Positions 19,773 through 28,795 of a DNA stretch of 28,795 bases are shown one piece after another. Both the position numbers and the translations under genes were made by a program. This DNA is from Granulicella sp. GTDB taxonomy: Bacteria > Acidobacteriota > Terriglobia > Terriglobales > Acidobacteriaceae. The DNA lies in assembly GCA_027339965.1 (NCBI GenBank), contig DAHWNL010000063.1, positions 1 through 28,795 of the forward strand, written 5' to 3'. Below the pieces are notes generated by a model. The model saw nothing but the letters and a program-made list of their open reading frames with translations, made no database searches and had not been told where the DNA came from. Within the stretch, counting starts at the first letter, position 1; each line of letters starts with the position of its first letter.

Positions 19773-20993
19773 CTAACAGTAGACGACGCGGGAGGAGGCT
19801 CTGCGCAGAACCCGTCCCACCACCCAGGAGTGTTCATTGATCCGCTTCAGCGTCTGCTGCGCTTTCTTCAGCCTGTCCGGTGGAACCACGGCGACCAGAC
19901 CGATACCCATGTTGAAGGTGCGCAACATCTCCTCCATCGGTAGGCGGCCCAGATGCTGGAGGTGGGAAAACAGGGGTGGGGGTTCCCAGGCCGAGAGGTC
20001 GATCTGGGCGCAGAGTCCGCGGGGAAGGATGCGGGGAAGGTTCTCCGTCAGGCCTCCGCCGGTGATGTGAGAGAAGCCGCTGACGGCCTCGGCCTGAATG
20101 AGCTTGCGGATGGGAGCCAGATAGCTGCGATGGGGACGCATCAGAGCGGCGCCCACCTTGTCGCCGATCTCGTTCACGTACTGCTCCGGCCGGTAGCTTG
20201 CGCTCTTGAGCAGCAGTTGCAGCGCGAAGGAGTAACCGGCAGTGTGCAGACCGTTGGCCGCCAGGCCTAACAGGCAGTCGCCTTCGCGGATGGCGTCGCC
20301 GGTGAGCAGTTGGGAGCGGCTGACGGCGCCGGTGAGAAAGCCGGCCAGCTCATAGGTACCGGCGCGATAGAGCCAGGGTGTCTCGGCGGTCTCGCCGCCC
20401 AGCAGGGCGCAGCCGTTGGCCTTGCAGGCATCCACCAGGCCGCTGATCACCTGTTGCACCACATCGGGATCCAGAAGACCCGTGGCGAAGTAGTCCAGGA
20501 AGAACAGCGGCGTGGCGCCCTGGATGGCGATGTCGTTCACACAGTGGTTGACCAGATCGGCTGCGACGCTGGAGTGGAGGCCAAGCCGGATGGCCAGCTC
20601 CAGCTTGTTGCCGACCCCATCGCTGGAAGCGACCAGCACCGGGTCGGGAAAGCGCTCCCTGTCCACGCTGAACAGGCCGGAGAATCCGCCGATCTCGCTC
20701 AGCACATTACGGTTGAAGGTGCGGCGGGCCAGGCCCTTGATACGCTCCCGTGAGAGCGCCTGGCGGCCGGCAGGCACCAGACTGGGGTCTTCCGGCAGCC
20801 CTGCCCGGCTGCGGTCCGCCGTCGGCCGAGCGGCTTCCGGGATCGACGAGAGCTGGTTGGGGGCCCGCGGCTCGGGGGACGCGCGCGGCTTCGGAGGAGC
20901 ATCAGGCTCGCGCAGCGAGGGCACGACGTTGCCGGAGATGGACTTTGCCACGGAGGCCACCTTGTGAGGGCTGAATGACGATGCAGCTTTCAA
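19773..20993 (-). CDS. purM: Phosphoribosylformylglycinamidine cyclo-ligase (AIR synthetase), divergent
   Basis: IGGFSGLF, DGVG.K, D.V...VND....GA.PLFFLDY, GGETAE.P, HITGGGLTENLPR, EMLRTFNMGIG. Start uncertain. Confidence 0.88.
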   Translation of the reverse strand: MKAASSFSPHKVASVAKSISGNVVPSLREPDAPPKPRASPEPRAPNQLSSIPEAARPTADRSRAGLPEDPSLVPAGRQALSRERIKGLARRTFNRNVLSEIGGFSGLFSVDRERFPDPVLVASSDGVGNKLELAIRLGLHSSVAADLVNHCVNDIAIQGATPLFFLDYFATGLLDPDVVQQVISGLVDACKANGCALLGGETAETPWLYRAGTYELAGFLTGAVSRSQLLTGDAIREGDCLLGLAANGLHTAGYSFALQLLLKSASYRPEQYVNEIGDKVGAALMRPHRSYLAPIRKLIQAEAVSGFSHITGGGLTENLPRILPRGLCAQIDLSAWEPPPLFSHLQHLGRLPMEEMLRTFNMGIGLVAVVPPDRLKKAQQTLKRINEHSWVVGRVLRRASSRVVYC

Positions 20994-21121
20994 GCTTACC
21001 AGCCGGATTTGTGGGCCGTCCTGTGACTGGCAATCGGCTTGCCGGTTAGCGGAAGACGAGCGCCGCCAGGTCGTCCACGAGCCACGTTCTCCTTCATCGG
21101 CCGGCTTTTATACTGGGCAGC

Positions 21122-22456
21122 ATGGCTATTTCAAGGGAACGTTCGGCGCAGCTCCAGACGCGCGCGGAGAGATTTCTGCCTGGAGGAGTGGACTCGCCGG
21201 TGCGCGCCTTTCGCGCCGTGGGTGGGCATCCGCCATTTGTCGATCAGGCCGAGGGCGCCTACCTTCAGGACGCCGACGGCAATCGCTACGTCGATCTGTT
21301 CGGCTCCTGGGGGCCGATGCTGCTGGGACACGCCTATCCGCCCGTGGTGCAAGCCATTCGAGAGGCTGCCGGCAAAAGCCCTTCCTTCGGCGCCAGCACG
21401 GCGGCGGAGGCGGATCTGGCGGAGCTGGTGCAGCGCTGTTATCCATCGATGGAGAAGATGCGCTTTGTCAGCTCCGGCACGGAGGCCTGCATGTCCGCCA
21501 TTCGCCTGGCGCGCGGCTTTACCGGACGGCCCTTTGTGATCAAGTTTGAAGGTTGTTATCACGGCCACGCGGACGCGCTGCTGGTCAAGGCCGGCAGCGG
21601 CGTGGCGACCTTCGGCATCCCCGGCTCCGCGGGCGTTCCGGAACAGACGGCGATGCATACCCTGGCTCTGCCGTACAACGATCTGCCGGCGGTTGAAGCG
21701 GCTTTTGCGCTGCATCCGGAGGAGATTGCGACCGTTATCCTGGAGCCGGTGGTGGGCAATGCCGGCGTCATCCCGCCCCAGCCCGGCTACCTGGCGGGAC
21801 TGCGCCGGCTTACCCGCAGGCACGGAACGCTGCTGATCTTCGACGAGGTGATGGTTGGCTTCCGGCTGGCAGCCGGCGGAGCTCAGGAGCGCTTTGCCGG
21901 CGAACTCGACGGTCCGCCGGATCTGACCACCCTGGGAAAGATTGTGGGCGGCGGTCTTCCCGTGGGCGTACTGGGCGGGCGCGCGGAGGTGATGGACTAC
22001 CTGGCTCCGCTGGGCCCGGTGTACCAGGCGGGCACGCTGAGCGGCAATCCTCTGGCGATGGCTGCCGGAATTGCGATGCTGACCGCGCTGCTCGCCGGCG
22101 GCGGCGAGTTGTATCGCCGGCTGGAGAAGACCACGGCGGCCATCCAGGAGGGCGTGGCTTTGCTGGCGGCCGAGCAGGGCATTGCGCTTACCTCCAATCG
22201 CGTAGGGAGCATGTTCACATGGTTTTTTACTCCGCGCCCGGTGCAGGACTTCGCCTCCGCTGCCAGCTCGGACGCGGCGGCCTTCGCTCGGTTTCACCGG
22301 GCCATGCTGGAGCACGGCGTCTGGCTGCCGCCGAGCCAGTACGAGGCGGCGTTTGTGAGCGCGGCGCACGGGGATAACGAGGTGGAGCTTATCTTGCAGG
22401 CGGCTCGTGCGGCGCTGCAAGCGGTCGCCGGCTCACCCAGAAGAGCAACGCCATGA
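21122..22456 (+). CDS. hemL: Glutamate-1-semialdehyde 2,1-aminomutase
   Basis: [66 protein letters not shown]. Confidence 0.97.
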   Translation: MAISRERSAQLQTRAERFLPGGVDSPVRAFRAVGGHPPFVDQAEGAYLQDADGNRYVDLFGSWGPMLLGHAYPPVVQAIREAAGKSPSFGASTAAEADLAELVQRCYPSMEKMRFVSSGTEACMSAIRLARGFTGRPFVIKFEGCYHGHADALLVKAGSGVATFGIPGSAGVPEQTAMHTLALPYNDLPAVEAAFALHPEEIATVILEPVVGNAGVIPPQPGYLAGLRRLTRRHGTLLIFDEVMVGFRLAAGGAQERFAGELDGPPDLTTLGKIVGGGLPVGVLGGRAEVMDYLAPLGPVYQAGTLSGNPLAMAAGIAMLTALLAGGGELYRRLEKTTAAIQEGVALLAAEQGIALTSNRVGSMFTWFFTPRPVQDFASAASSDAAAFARFHRAMLEHGVWLPPSQYEAAFVSAAHGDNEVELILQAARAALQAVAGSPRRATP

Positions 22457-22671
22457 ACGCCTGAAGGATCTGCGCAAGGATGATCCACAGGGCAGCGCGG
22501 TGGCGCTCAGCCGCTGGCGGTTAGATCCGGTGGGGCGCTGCACAGTGGCCGAATCATCGCGCGCCCGCGATGGCGGAGCGGGATGAGGCACGGGTCAACC
22601 TTGCTCCTGGCTTGGCTGCGCGATCCGTGGCGTGACTTCCACCTCTTCCTTTTGCGCCTTGCCTGAAGACC

Positions 22672-24873
22672 TTACGGGGTATTTTCGACCAGGCCCAGGT
22701 CCTTGAGCATGGGTTCCACGCTGGGCTGGGCGCCCAGCCAGCGGGTGTACATCGTCTCCAGGTCCTCGGTGTTGCCGCGCGAGAGCACCATCCTGCGGAA
22801 GCGGTCGCCGTTGGCGCGGGTGAGCCCGCCGTGGTCCTGAAACCACTGGAAGGCATCGTCGTCCAGCATTTGGGTCCAGGCGTAGGCATAGTAGCCAGCT
22901 GCGTAGCCGTTGGCCCAGATGTGCAGGAAGTAGCTGGAGCGGTAGCGCGGCGGCACCGCCTCGAGATAGAGATGGGTGCGCGTGAGAGCCTGGCGCTCGA
23001 ACTCGTCCACGTTTTGCAAGGGCGCGCCAGCCGGCAACAGGTGCCACTGCATATCCAGCTCGGAGGCGGCCAGCGCCTCTGTAACCAGATAGCCTTGGTC
23101 GAACTTGGCGGCTTTGCGCATCCTGTCTGCCAGCTCCTGCGGCATGGGAGCGCCGGTCTTGTAGTTCAAGGCGTAGTGGCGGAAGACCTGCGGATCGCTG
23201 GCCCAGTGCTCATTGAACTGGGAGGGAAACTCGACGAAGTCGCGGGGCGTGTTGGTGCCGGAGAGGCTGGGGTATTCGGTATCGGCGAACATGCCGTTCA
23301 GCCCGTGGCCGAACTCATGGAACATGGTGGTGACGTCAGAGAAGCTGAGCAACGCGGGCTGGCCCGGAGCGGGCTTGGTGAAGTTGGCCACGTTGTAGAT
23401 CACCGGTAGGGTTCCCAGCAGCCTGGATTGCCCGACGAAGTTATCCATCCAGGCCCCGCCGGCCTTGTTGTCGCGCTTGAAGTAATCAAAGTACATCAGC
23501 GCCAACGGCTTCTTGTCAGCGTCGAAGACCTCATAGACCATCACGTCCGGCTGATAGACCGGGATATCGGTGCGGCGCTGAAAGGTGATCCCGTAGAGCT
23601 GGTGCGCGGCGTAAAAGACGCCGTCCTGGAGCACGCGGTTCAGCTCGAAGTAGGGCTTCAGCTCCGCCTCATCCACGTCATACTGCGCCTTGCGCACCTG
23701 TTCCGAGTAGAAGTTCCAGTCCCAGGGACGGACCTGGAAGGAGCCGCTCTCCATGCCGCCGGCCTGACCGCCGGCCTGGGCCGCGGCCTGCTGGTCGATA
23801 AGGGCTTGAATCTGCTTTTGTTCGCTGGCAGCCTTGGCGGTAGCGGGCCCCACCAGAGCGCTCAAGAACTTGAGCGCGGCCTCCGGGGTCTTCGCCATCT
23901 GGTCCTGGAGGGCCCAGGCGGCGTAGTTGGGGTAGCCGAGCAGAGCAGCCTTCTGCGCCCGCACCTGGGCCAGGCGAGCGATGGTGGCGCGGGTGTCATT
24001 GGCGTCGCCGCGCTCCGTGCGGGTCCAGGAGTCCTGGAAGAGCTGCATGCGAGTCCGCCGGTTGCTGAGGTAGGCCAGGTCCGGCTGCTGCGTGGTGTTC
24101 TGCAGGGGGATCAACCATCCACTCTCTCCCCGCCCCTGGGCGGAGAGCGTGGCGGAGGCCATCTGGGCGGCGCTGAGCCCGGCGAGGGAGGTCTGATCCT
24201 GGGTGTGGAGGGCAGCCGCTTTGGTTCCGGCCAGCAGCTTGTTGGTGAAGGTATTGGAGAGGACGGCCTCTTCTTCATTCAGCGTCCTCAGCTTTGCCTT
24301 GTCGGCGTCGCTCAGTTTGGCCCCGGCCTTCACAAACTGGCGGTAGTCGACCTCTACCAGGCGCAAGGACTCGGGGTCCAGGTGCAGCGTGGCGCGCTCC
24401 TGATAGATCTTCTGCACCCGCGCGAACACCCGGTCGTTGAGGTAGATGGCGTCCTGTTGCGCGGCCAGCTTGGGCGTAACCGCGTCCTGGATCTTCTGCA
24501 GCGTGGGATCCGTGTTGGCCTGGGTGATGGCGAAGAAGACTTGCGTCACCCGTCGCAGGAGCTGTCCGGACTTTTCCATCGCCACCAGGGTGTTCTCGAA
24601 GGTGGGCGGCTCCGGATTGTTGGCGATGGCCGTAATTTCACGCAGTTGCTCCGCGATGCCGGCCTCGATGGCCGGCTCATAATCGGAGTCGTGGATCCGG
24701 TCAAAGGGCGGAGCCTGGAAGGGCAGCGGGCTGGGCGCATAGAACGGATTCGACGGCCCGAATCCGGAGGTGGGTGGAGCTCCATCCGCCTGTCCGCTCT
24801 GTGCTGCCGCCATTGAAGCTCCGAGTGCCGCCGCCATGATCAATCCGGATACCCTCCCCAAACGCCAGTTCAT
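22672..24873 (-). CDS. dcp: M3-family metallopeptidase, peptidyl-dipeptidase Dcp, with signal peptide
   Basis: NTTQQP, K.GGAWM, HEFGH, DFVEFPSQFNE, PRYRSSYF.HI..GYAAGYYAY.W. Confidence 0.92.
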   Translation of the reverse strand: MNWRLGRVSGLIMAAALGASMAAAQSGQADGAPPTSGFGPSNPFYAPSPLPFQAPPFDRIHDSDYEPAIEAGIAEQLREITAIANNPEPPTFENTLVAMEKSGQLLRRVTQVFFAITQANTDPTLQKIQDAVTPKLAAQQDAIYLNDRVFARVQKIYQERATLHLDPESLRLVEVDYRQFVKAGAKLSDADKAKLRTLNEEEAVLSNTFTNKLLAGTKAAALHTQDQTSLAGLSAAQMASATLSAQGRGESGWLIPLQNTTQQPDLAYLSNRRTRMQLFQDSWTRTERGDANDTRATIARLAQVRAQKAALLGYPNYAAWALQDQMAKTPEAALKFLSALVGPATAKAASEQKQIQALIDQQAAAQAGGQAGGMESGSFQVRPWDWNFYSEQVRKAQYDVDEAELKPYFELNRVLQDGVFYAAHQLYGITFQRRTDIPVYQPDVMVYEVFDADKKPLALMYFDYFKRDNKAGGAWMDNFVGQSRLLGTLPVIYNVANFTKPAPGQPALLSFSDVTTMFHEFGHGLNGMFADTEYPSLSGTNTPRDFVEFPSQFNEHWASDPQVFRHYALNYKTGAPMPQELADRMRKAAKFDQGYLVTEALAASELDMQWHLLPAGAPLQNVDEFERQALTRTHLYLEAVPPRYRSSYFLHIWANGYAAGYYAYAWTQMLDDDAFQWFQDHGGLTRANGDRFRRMVLSRGNTEDLETMYTRWLGAQPSVEPMLKDLGLVENTP

Positions 24874-24952
24874 TGCAAGACTCCTATCCCCATGAACCTA
24901 CAGCTTCCACCCAGGGGAAAACAACCCTCGGTGGCGCGTACACTGGTCGAGC

Positions 24953-26380
24953 ATGGCTATCGAGAATAAAGTCACACTCAACCCTTCTTCTCCTCCGTCT
25001 GTCTGGTCTGCAAGCCGCATCACCACCATCGCGGAGATCGGGGAGCACGTGGACGAGCGGGTGACGCTGCGCGGCTGGCTGTACAATCTGCGCGCCTCCG
25101 GCAGGCTGCTGTTTCCCATCTTTCGTGACGGCAGTGGGACGATTCAGGGTATCGTGCCCAAGGCGGAGGTGCCGGAGCGGGTCTTTGAGACGTTGAAGAC
25201 GCTGACCCTGGAGTCCTCGCTGATGGTGACAGGAAGGGTACGGGCTGACAGCCGGGCGCCTTCCGGCTTCGAGCTGGACGTGGAGGATCTGACCGTCATC
25301 CAGCGCGTCCCGGAGGAGACACCCTATCCGATTCAGCTCAAAGAGGCCGGCGTTGACTTTCTGATGGAGCACCGTCATCTCTGGATCCGTACACCGCGCC
25401 AGTCGGCGATTCTGAGGGTGCGGGCGACGATCATGCGCGCAGCGGCGGAGTTCTTTGACAACCGCGGGTTCGTCCGCACCGATCCACCCATTCTGACGCC
25501 GAACGCCTGCGAGGGAACCTCCGAGCTCTTCGAGATGGAGTACTTCGACGAGGGCAAGGCGTATCTTACGCAGTCTGGCCAGCTCTACGTGGAAGCCACG
25601 GCAATGGCGCTGGGCCGAGTGTACTCTTTTGGGCCCACCTTCCGTGCGGAAAAGTCCAAGACGCGCCGGCACCTGACCGAGTTCTGGATGATCGAGCCGG
25701 AGGTGACCTACATGGACCTGGATGGGCTGATGAATCTGGCCGAGTGCTTCCTGACGCACATCGTCCGGCGAGCTCTGGAGGCGCACACCGCGGATCTGAA
25801 GATCATCGGCAAGGACGTGACCAAGCTGGAAGCGGTGATCGCCGGCTCTGCCCCCAATGACTGTGTGGACGGCAGAAAGCAGCGCAGCAGCTTTCCCCGC
25901 CTGAGCTACGACCAGGCGCACGCCATGCTGATCGAAGCCCACCAGCGCGGTTTGCTGGAGAGCGCGCATCGTTATGGCGATGACTTTGGCTCCCCGGATG
26001 AGACCTACCTGAGCTCGCAGTTCGCCAAGCCGGTAATGGTGCATCGCTATCCGGCCGACGTAAAGGCTTTCTACATGCAGCCGGATCCGCTGGACCCGAG
26101 CAAGGCGCTGTGCGTGGACGTTCTGGCCCCGGAGGGCTACGGAGAGATCATTGGAGGCTCGCAGCGCGTCGACGACTACGATCTGCTGCGGCGCCGCATT
26201 GAACAGCATCATTTGCCCCTGGAGGCTTTCGAGTGGTATCTGGATCTGCGCCGTTATGGCAGCGTACCGCACTCCGGCTTCGGCATGGGCATCGAGCGCT
26301 GCGTGGCGTGGATCTGCGGACTGGAGCATATCCGCGAGACGATTCCGTTCGCCCGAACGCTGCACCGGATCTATCCCTGA
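24953..26380 (+). CDS. asnS: Asparagine--tRNA ligase
   Basis: OB-fold start, [62 protein letters not shown]. Confidence 0.95.
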   Translation: MAIENKVTLNPSSPPSVWSASRITTIAEIGEHVDERVTLRGWLYNLRASGRLLFPIFRDGSGTIQGIVPKAEVPERVFETLKTLTLESSLMVTGRVRADSRAPSGFELDVEDLTVIQRVPEETPYPIQLKEAGVDFLMEHRHLWIRTPRQSAILRVRATIMRAAAEFFDNRGFVRTDPPILTPNACEGTSELFEMEYFDEGKAYLTQSGQLYVEATAMALGRVYSFGPTFRAEKSKTRRHLTEFWMIEPEVTYMDLDGLMNLAECFLTHIVRRALEAHTADLKIIGKDVTKLEAVIAGSAPNDCVDGRKQRSSFPRLSYDQAHAMLIEAHQRGLLESAHRYGDDFGSPDETYLSSQFAKPVMVHRYPADVKAFYMQPDPLDPSKALCVDVLAPEGYGEIIGGSQRVDDYDLLRRRIEQHHLPLEAFEWYLDLRRYGSVPHSGFGMGIERCVAWICGLEHIRETIPFARTLHRIYP

Positions 26381-26666
26381 CGGGAGCGGCGGAGCGAGGC
26401 GGACCGCGCCGCTGCCATGTGGACAACTTTGCACTGCTCATCCGATAATGAGCTATTCTTTCGCGCCCGAGCGCCAGGATCGACATGCTTGGCTGAGGCG
26501 CGTTCCCGGTGGCTGCCCCCGGCCAGCCGCATCGACTTGAGTTTGATCGCTGCGGGTAGCCTTGGACCACGGAAAGCCGGGCACCGCTTGGCTGGAAACT
26601 GCCTTGCCTGGAACCGCTTCAAGGTCCGCCATCTCCCACCCCACCTTACATCGACGAGAGGACTCC

Positions 26667-27638
26667 ATGAATATCGCCAACAACGCCATCGAACTCATCG
26701 GCCGCACTCCCCTGGTCCAACTGAATCGGGTGACCGCCGGCTGCAGCGCTCGCGTGGTACTCAAGATGGAGAGCAACAATCCGGCCGCAAGCGTAAAGGA
26801 TCGCATCGGCTTTGCCATGATCCAGGCCGCTGAACGGGAGGGCAAGATTACGCCCGGCGTGACCACGCTGATCGAACCTACCTCCGGCAACACGGGCATC
26901 GGCCTGGCCTTTGCCGCCGCGGTCCGGGGTTACAAGCTGATCCTGGTGATGCCCGAGACCATGTCCGTGGAGCGGCGGGTGTTGCTGCTGGCCTTTGGAG
27001 CGCAGATCATCCTCACGCCCGGTCCCGCAGGCATGAAGGGCGCGATCCTGAAAGCGGAAGAGGTGCTGGCCGGCACCGCCAACGGTTACATCCTGCAACA
27101 GTTCAACAACCCGGCCAACCCCAAGATCCATTTTGACACCACCGGCCCGGAGATCTGGAATGACACGGACGGCGCGGTCGATGTGCTGGTCTCCGGCGTC
27201 GGCACGGGAGGCACCCTTACCGGGGTGAGCGAGTACATCAAGGCGCGCAAACACAACTTCTATACGGTGGCCGTAGAGCCCACCGATAGCCCGGTGCTGT
27301 CTGGCGGCAAGCCGGGTCCGCACAAGATTCAAGGCATCGGCGCGGGCTTTGTTCCCAGCATTCTGCGCACGGATCTGATCGATGAGATTGTGCAGGTAAG
27401 CAACGACGAGGCTCTGGCCATGGCCCGAAGACTGCCCAGAGAAGAAGGGTTGCTGGTGGGCATCTCCTCCGGCGCGGCGGTATGGGCGGCGCTGAAGATC
27501 GCCCGCGAACCGCGCCACGCCGGCAAGCTGATTGTGGCCATCATCCCCAGCTCCGGCGAGCGCTACCTCTCCACGGTCCTGTTCGATGAGCTGCGGCAAC
27601 AGGCGCTCAATACGCCCACCTCGCCAGTGACTTTGTGA
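26667..27638 (+). CDS. cysK: Cysteine synthase A
   Basis: [18 protein letters not shown] (PLP Lys), [46 protein letters not shown] before ATG 26667. Confidence 0.97.
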   Translation: MNIANNAIELIGRTPLVQLNRVTAGCSARVVLKMESNNPAASVKDRIGFAMIQAAEREGKITPGVTTLIEPTSGNTGIGLAFAAAVRGYKLILVMPETMSVERRVLLLAFGAQIILTPGPAGMKGAILKAEEVLAGTANGYILQQFNNPANPKIHFDTTGPEIWNDTDGAVDVLVSGVGTGGTLTGVSEYIKARKHNFYTVAVEPTDSPVLSGGKPGPHKIQGIGAGFVPSILRTDLIDEIVQVSNDEALAMARRLPREEGLLVGISSGAAVWAALKIAREPRHAGKLIVAIIPSSGERYLSTVLFDELRQQALNTPTSPVTL

Positions 27639-27750
27639 AGCACGGGCGCTTCTGGAATCCGCTTGCGGAGAATCTCCGTGGGGCCGACGGCGCGTCCCGC
27701 CCGGCTGACGGGGACGGGCTAACTCGTCCGCGCAGGATGAAGTGCAAAGT

Positions 27751-28512
27751 ATGAACCTGTTTGAATCCATCCGCGAAGACACTCGCATTGTTCTGGAGCG
27801 CGACCCGGCGGCCAGCTCCCGGCTGATGGTGCTGCTGTGTTATCCGGGTCTGCAGGCAGTGTGGGTTCACCGGATCAACCACTGGCTTTGGCGGCACAAC
27901 CTGAAGCTGCTGGCGCGGCTGATGTCGCAGGTAGCGCGGTTCTGGACCGGCATCGAGATCCATCCCGGCGCGACGATCGGCCGCCGCCTGTTCATCGACC
28001 ACGGAATGGGGGTGGTGATCGGCGAGACGGCCACGGTAGGCGATGACGTGACGCTCTACCAGGGAGTAACCCTGGGAGGCACGGGCAAGGTCAGTGGCAA
28101 GCGCCACCCCACACTGCGCAACAACGTATTTGTGGGCAACAACGCCAACATCCTGGGCAATATCACCATCGGGGAAAACTCCCGGGTAGGGGCAGGCTCG
28201 GTGGTGCTGCGCGACGTACCTCCAGACTCCACTGTGGTTGGGGTTCCGGCTCACATCGTCTATCAGGGGGGTAAGCGGGTGTTGATCACCGATCCGCGCG
28301 AGATCAACGACCCGCTCTCGGACGTGCTGATCGCTCTGGCCGACCAGGTCCATACCCTGCGGGCGCGGGTGGACCGGATGGATGGCGAGCTGCACCCCGA
28401 GGCTCCGCCGGCGGCGGCCAGCGGCCTGGTGACCGAGCAAGAAGAGAGAGCACAGTATCGCTCTGAGCAGTTGGCCCGCGCCGATCTGGTGAATCACGGC
28501 GAAGGAATTTAG
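27751..28512 (+). CDS. cysE: Serine O-acetyltransferase
   Basis: [22 protein letters not shown]...[21 protein letters not shown]....KRHP, hexapeptide repeats, C-terminal GEGI. Confidence 0.96.
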   Translation: MNLFESIREDTRIVLERDPAASSRLMVLLCYPGLQAVWVHRINHWLWRHNLKLLARLMSQVARFWTGIEIHPGATIGRRLFIDHGMGVVIGETATVGDDVTLYQGVTLGGTGKVSGKRHPTLRNNVFVGNNANILGNITIGENSRVGAGSVVLRDVPPDSTVVGVPAHIVYQGGKRVLITDPREINDPLSDVLIALADQVHTLRARVDRMDGELHPEAPPAAASGLVTEQEERAQYRSEQLARADLVNHGEGI

Positions 28513-28634
28513 GAAATCTCGTTGAGCGCTCACAGAAGGGGCGTCTTGAGGCGGTAAGAGCTGCTTATCAGCGGGATGACGCCGACTCCGCATTCGGAGA
28601 TGTGTTGTTCTTCTGGTCAGAATAGCACTTCGAC

Positions 28635-28795
28635 TATTGATCTGGCATGGAAGGAATGCGATTATGCGGCATAGGCGACATCTTTCTGGCCGAAGTAGTT
28701 TTCGACTCGATCAGGCTGTTTGTGGATGCTGCGCAGAGCGCCGATGGCGGTGCGCGTCAGCGCCATCTTCGTTCTAGGCGGGGCGGTCTTGGTGA
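28635..28795 (-). mobile_element. 3' end of an IS630-family insertion sequence (rest outside window)
   Basis: The minus frame from the window edge to TAA at 28662-28664 reads TKTAPPRTKMALTRTAIGALRSIHKQPDRVENYFGQKDVAYAA*, matching the ..P..V..YF....V.YAA* C-terminus of IS630 transposases. It is followed ~25 nt later by ...GCCAGATCAA-TA, consistent with a terminal IR and TA target. Confidence 0.78.

Noticed and set aside
26381..26666. Possible Rrf2/CymR operator or leader RNA upstream of cysK (around ATCGACTTGAGTTTGAT, ~26531-26547)
   Set aside because: Only a weak imperfect palindrome; cannot be supported without comparative data.

Overview
A GC-rich bacterial chromosomal window. Protein sequences and gene neighbourhoods resemble Acidobacteriota (Terriglobia); this is my recollection-based inference, not a search result. 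Most of it is housekeeping: Gfo/Idh/MocA oxidoreductase, LolA-like lipoprotein, mltG, ruvX, greA, CDP-alcohol phosphatidyltransferase, isoaspartyl peptidase, TPP riboswitch + thiC, a small TonB-C protein, metK, murJ, a MerR regulator, an old-yellow-enzyme, an M50 protease, a divergent purM, hemL, dcp, asnS and cysK-cysE. The left edge holds a disrupted glycosidase-like pseudogene. The right edge holds the 3' end of an IS630-type element that the ORF track missed. The best candidate for an undescribed system is a two-gene operon (949-2696, minus strand). It encodes a HipA-like kinase whose catalytic Asp appears replaced by Asn and a long DUF3037 protein, with no HipB-type antitoxin. Other leads are a structured metK leader with an anti-SD that I cannot match to a known SAM riboswitch, a ~130-nt palindromic MITE-like element at the thiC stop, a MerR protein ending in a beta-clamp-like QGDLF motif, and a PurM lacking its N-terminal motif.
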